From a virus (taxonomy: Duplodnaviria > Caudoviricetes): a stretch of 33,984 nt of DNA. Positions 33,518 to 33,984 of this stretch are shown in pieces. The translations under genes were made by a program, and so were the position numbers. Location of the stretch: positions 1-33,984 of the IMG/VR virus record IMGVR_UViG_3300044698_000164. The stretch is one strand, 5' to 3'. The notes under the pieces are model-generated. The model searched no databases, had not been told where the DNA came from, and saw nothing but the letters and a program-made list of their open reading frames with translations. The stretch's first letter is position 1. Each line of letters begins with the position of its first letter.

Positions 33518-33930
33518 CCGACCTCCCACTGGATGCCGTCGCCCTGGTCCCCAGACGCGCCCGCAGCGCCAGCCGCGGGCGCACCAGCGCACGCATCCTG
33601 CAGCGCAGCCCGGAACTCCCGGACCAGGGCAGCCATCGACGCCCCCGAATGCGTCCCGACGTCGATCGACCGGGCCAGCAGGACCACCGCCACCGCCTCA
33701 GGCTCCTCGATCACACCGAGCGCCTCCAGTCGCGCCGTCGCGGCAGCCTCCAGCGACCAGACCGGGCCGTCCTGGTCGCCGAGGCCCTCCCCCGGATCGT
33801 CCACCGGCCGCGGGCCCCGCCCATCGGGGCCCAGAGCTGGCCGGCATGTGGTGCACCACCGCCGCGGCCGCCCCGGACCGGACGGAATCGGCAGGACGCC
33901 ACCGCACCCACGACACCCCTCAGCACCCAC
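33514..33930 (-). CDS. terS: Terminase small subunit with N-terminal CxxC-CxxC finger
   Basis: GTGA-coupled to terL; A..LA..ID...G..MAAL.RE.R..L actinophage terS pattern. Confidence 0.75.
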   Translation of the reverse strand: MGAEGCRGCGGVLPIPSGPGRPRRWCTTCRPALGPDGRGPRPVDDPGEGLGDQDGPVWSLEAAATARLEALGVIEEPEAVAVVLLARSIDVGTHSGASMAALVREFRAALQDACAGAPAAGAAGASGDQGDGIQWEVG

Positions 33931-33984
33931 AGCACACCCCCGATTGACGGCTACTCAGGGTTACCGGCGCGCGCGACGGACCAC

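Larger units (their letters stand above)
1..33984 (-). mobile_element. Near-complete or complete actinobacterial siphovirus genome (HK97-type head, probably cos-packaging)
   Basis: Full packaging-head-tail-lysis module plus replication/recombination arm. HNH at one end and terS at the other would be adjacent if circularised. No host housekeeping genes. Confidence 0.93.

Noticed and set aside
1-33984. Terminal inverted repeats of a linear plasmid or protein-primed phage (GTGGT...ACCAC)
   Set aside because: Only 5 bp match; no terminal protein, protein-primed polymerase or protelomerase gene seen

Overview
The window looks like an essentially complete ~34 kb high-GC actinobacterial siphovirus genome, given in reverse orientation. 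Right to left on the minus strand it reads terS-terL-portal-HK97 protease-major capsid-fibre/neck-tail tube-frameshifted chaperone-tape measure-one large tail-tip protein-amidase endolysin-holin. A plus-strand block (10.27-15.5 kb) carries LysM and membrane/HTH genes, including a plasmid/AICE SpdA/DUF2637-like gene, plus a separately promoted four-gene operon. The minus-strand early/replication arm (10.17 kb to 62) carries a Cro-like HTH, RecE-like exonuclease with a putative annealase, RusA-like resolvase, atypical WhiB, HTH replication initiator and HNH. I see no integrase, ParAB, CI-type repressor, helicase, polymerase or FtsK/TraB. Most notable: (1) an iteron plus triple DnaA-box origin inside rep; (2) a symmetric divergent-promoter switch whose 19-bp operator recurs at 14.0 kb; (3) membrane-anchored HTH/LysM genes that each carry their own short DNA repeat array; (4) a non-coding three-hairpin element in the early operon. 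Together these suggest, as inference only, a non-integrating plasmid-like phage with a membrane-tethering or spreading module. All product calls come from motif recognition and synteny by eye; no database search was run.
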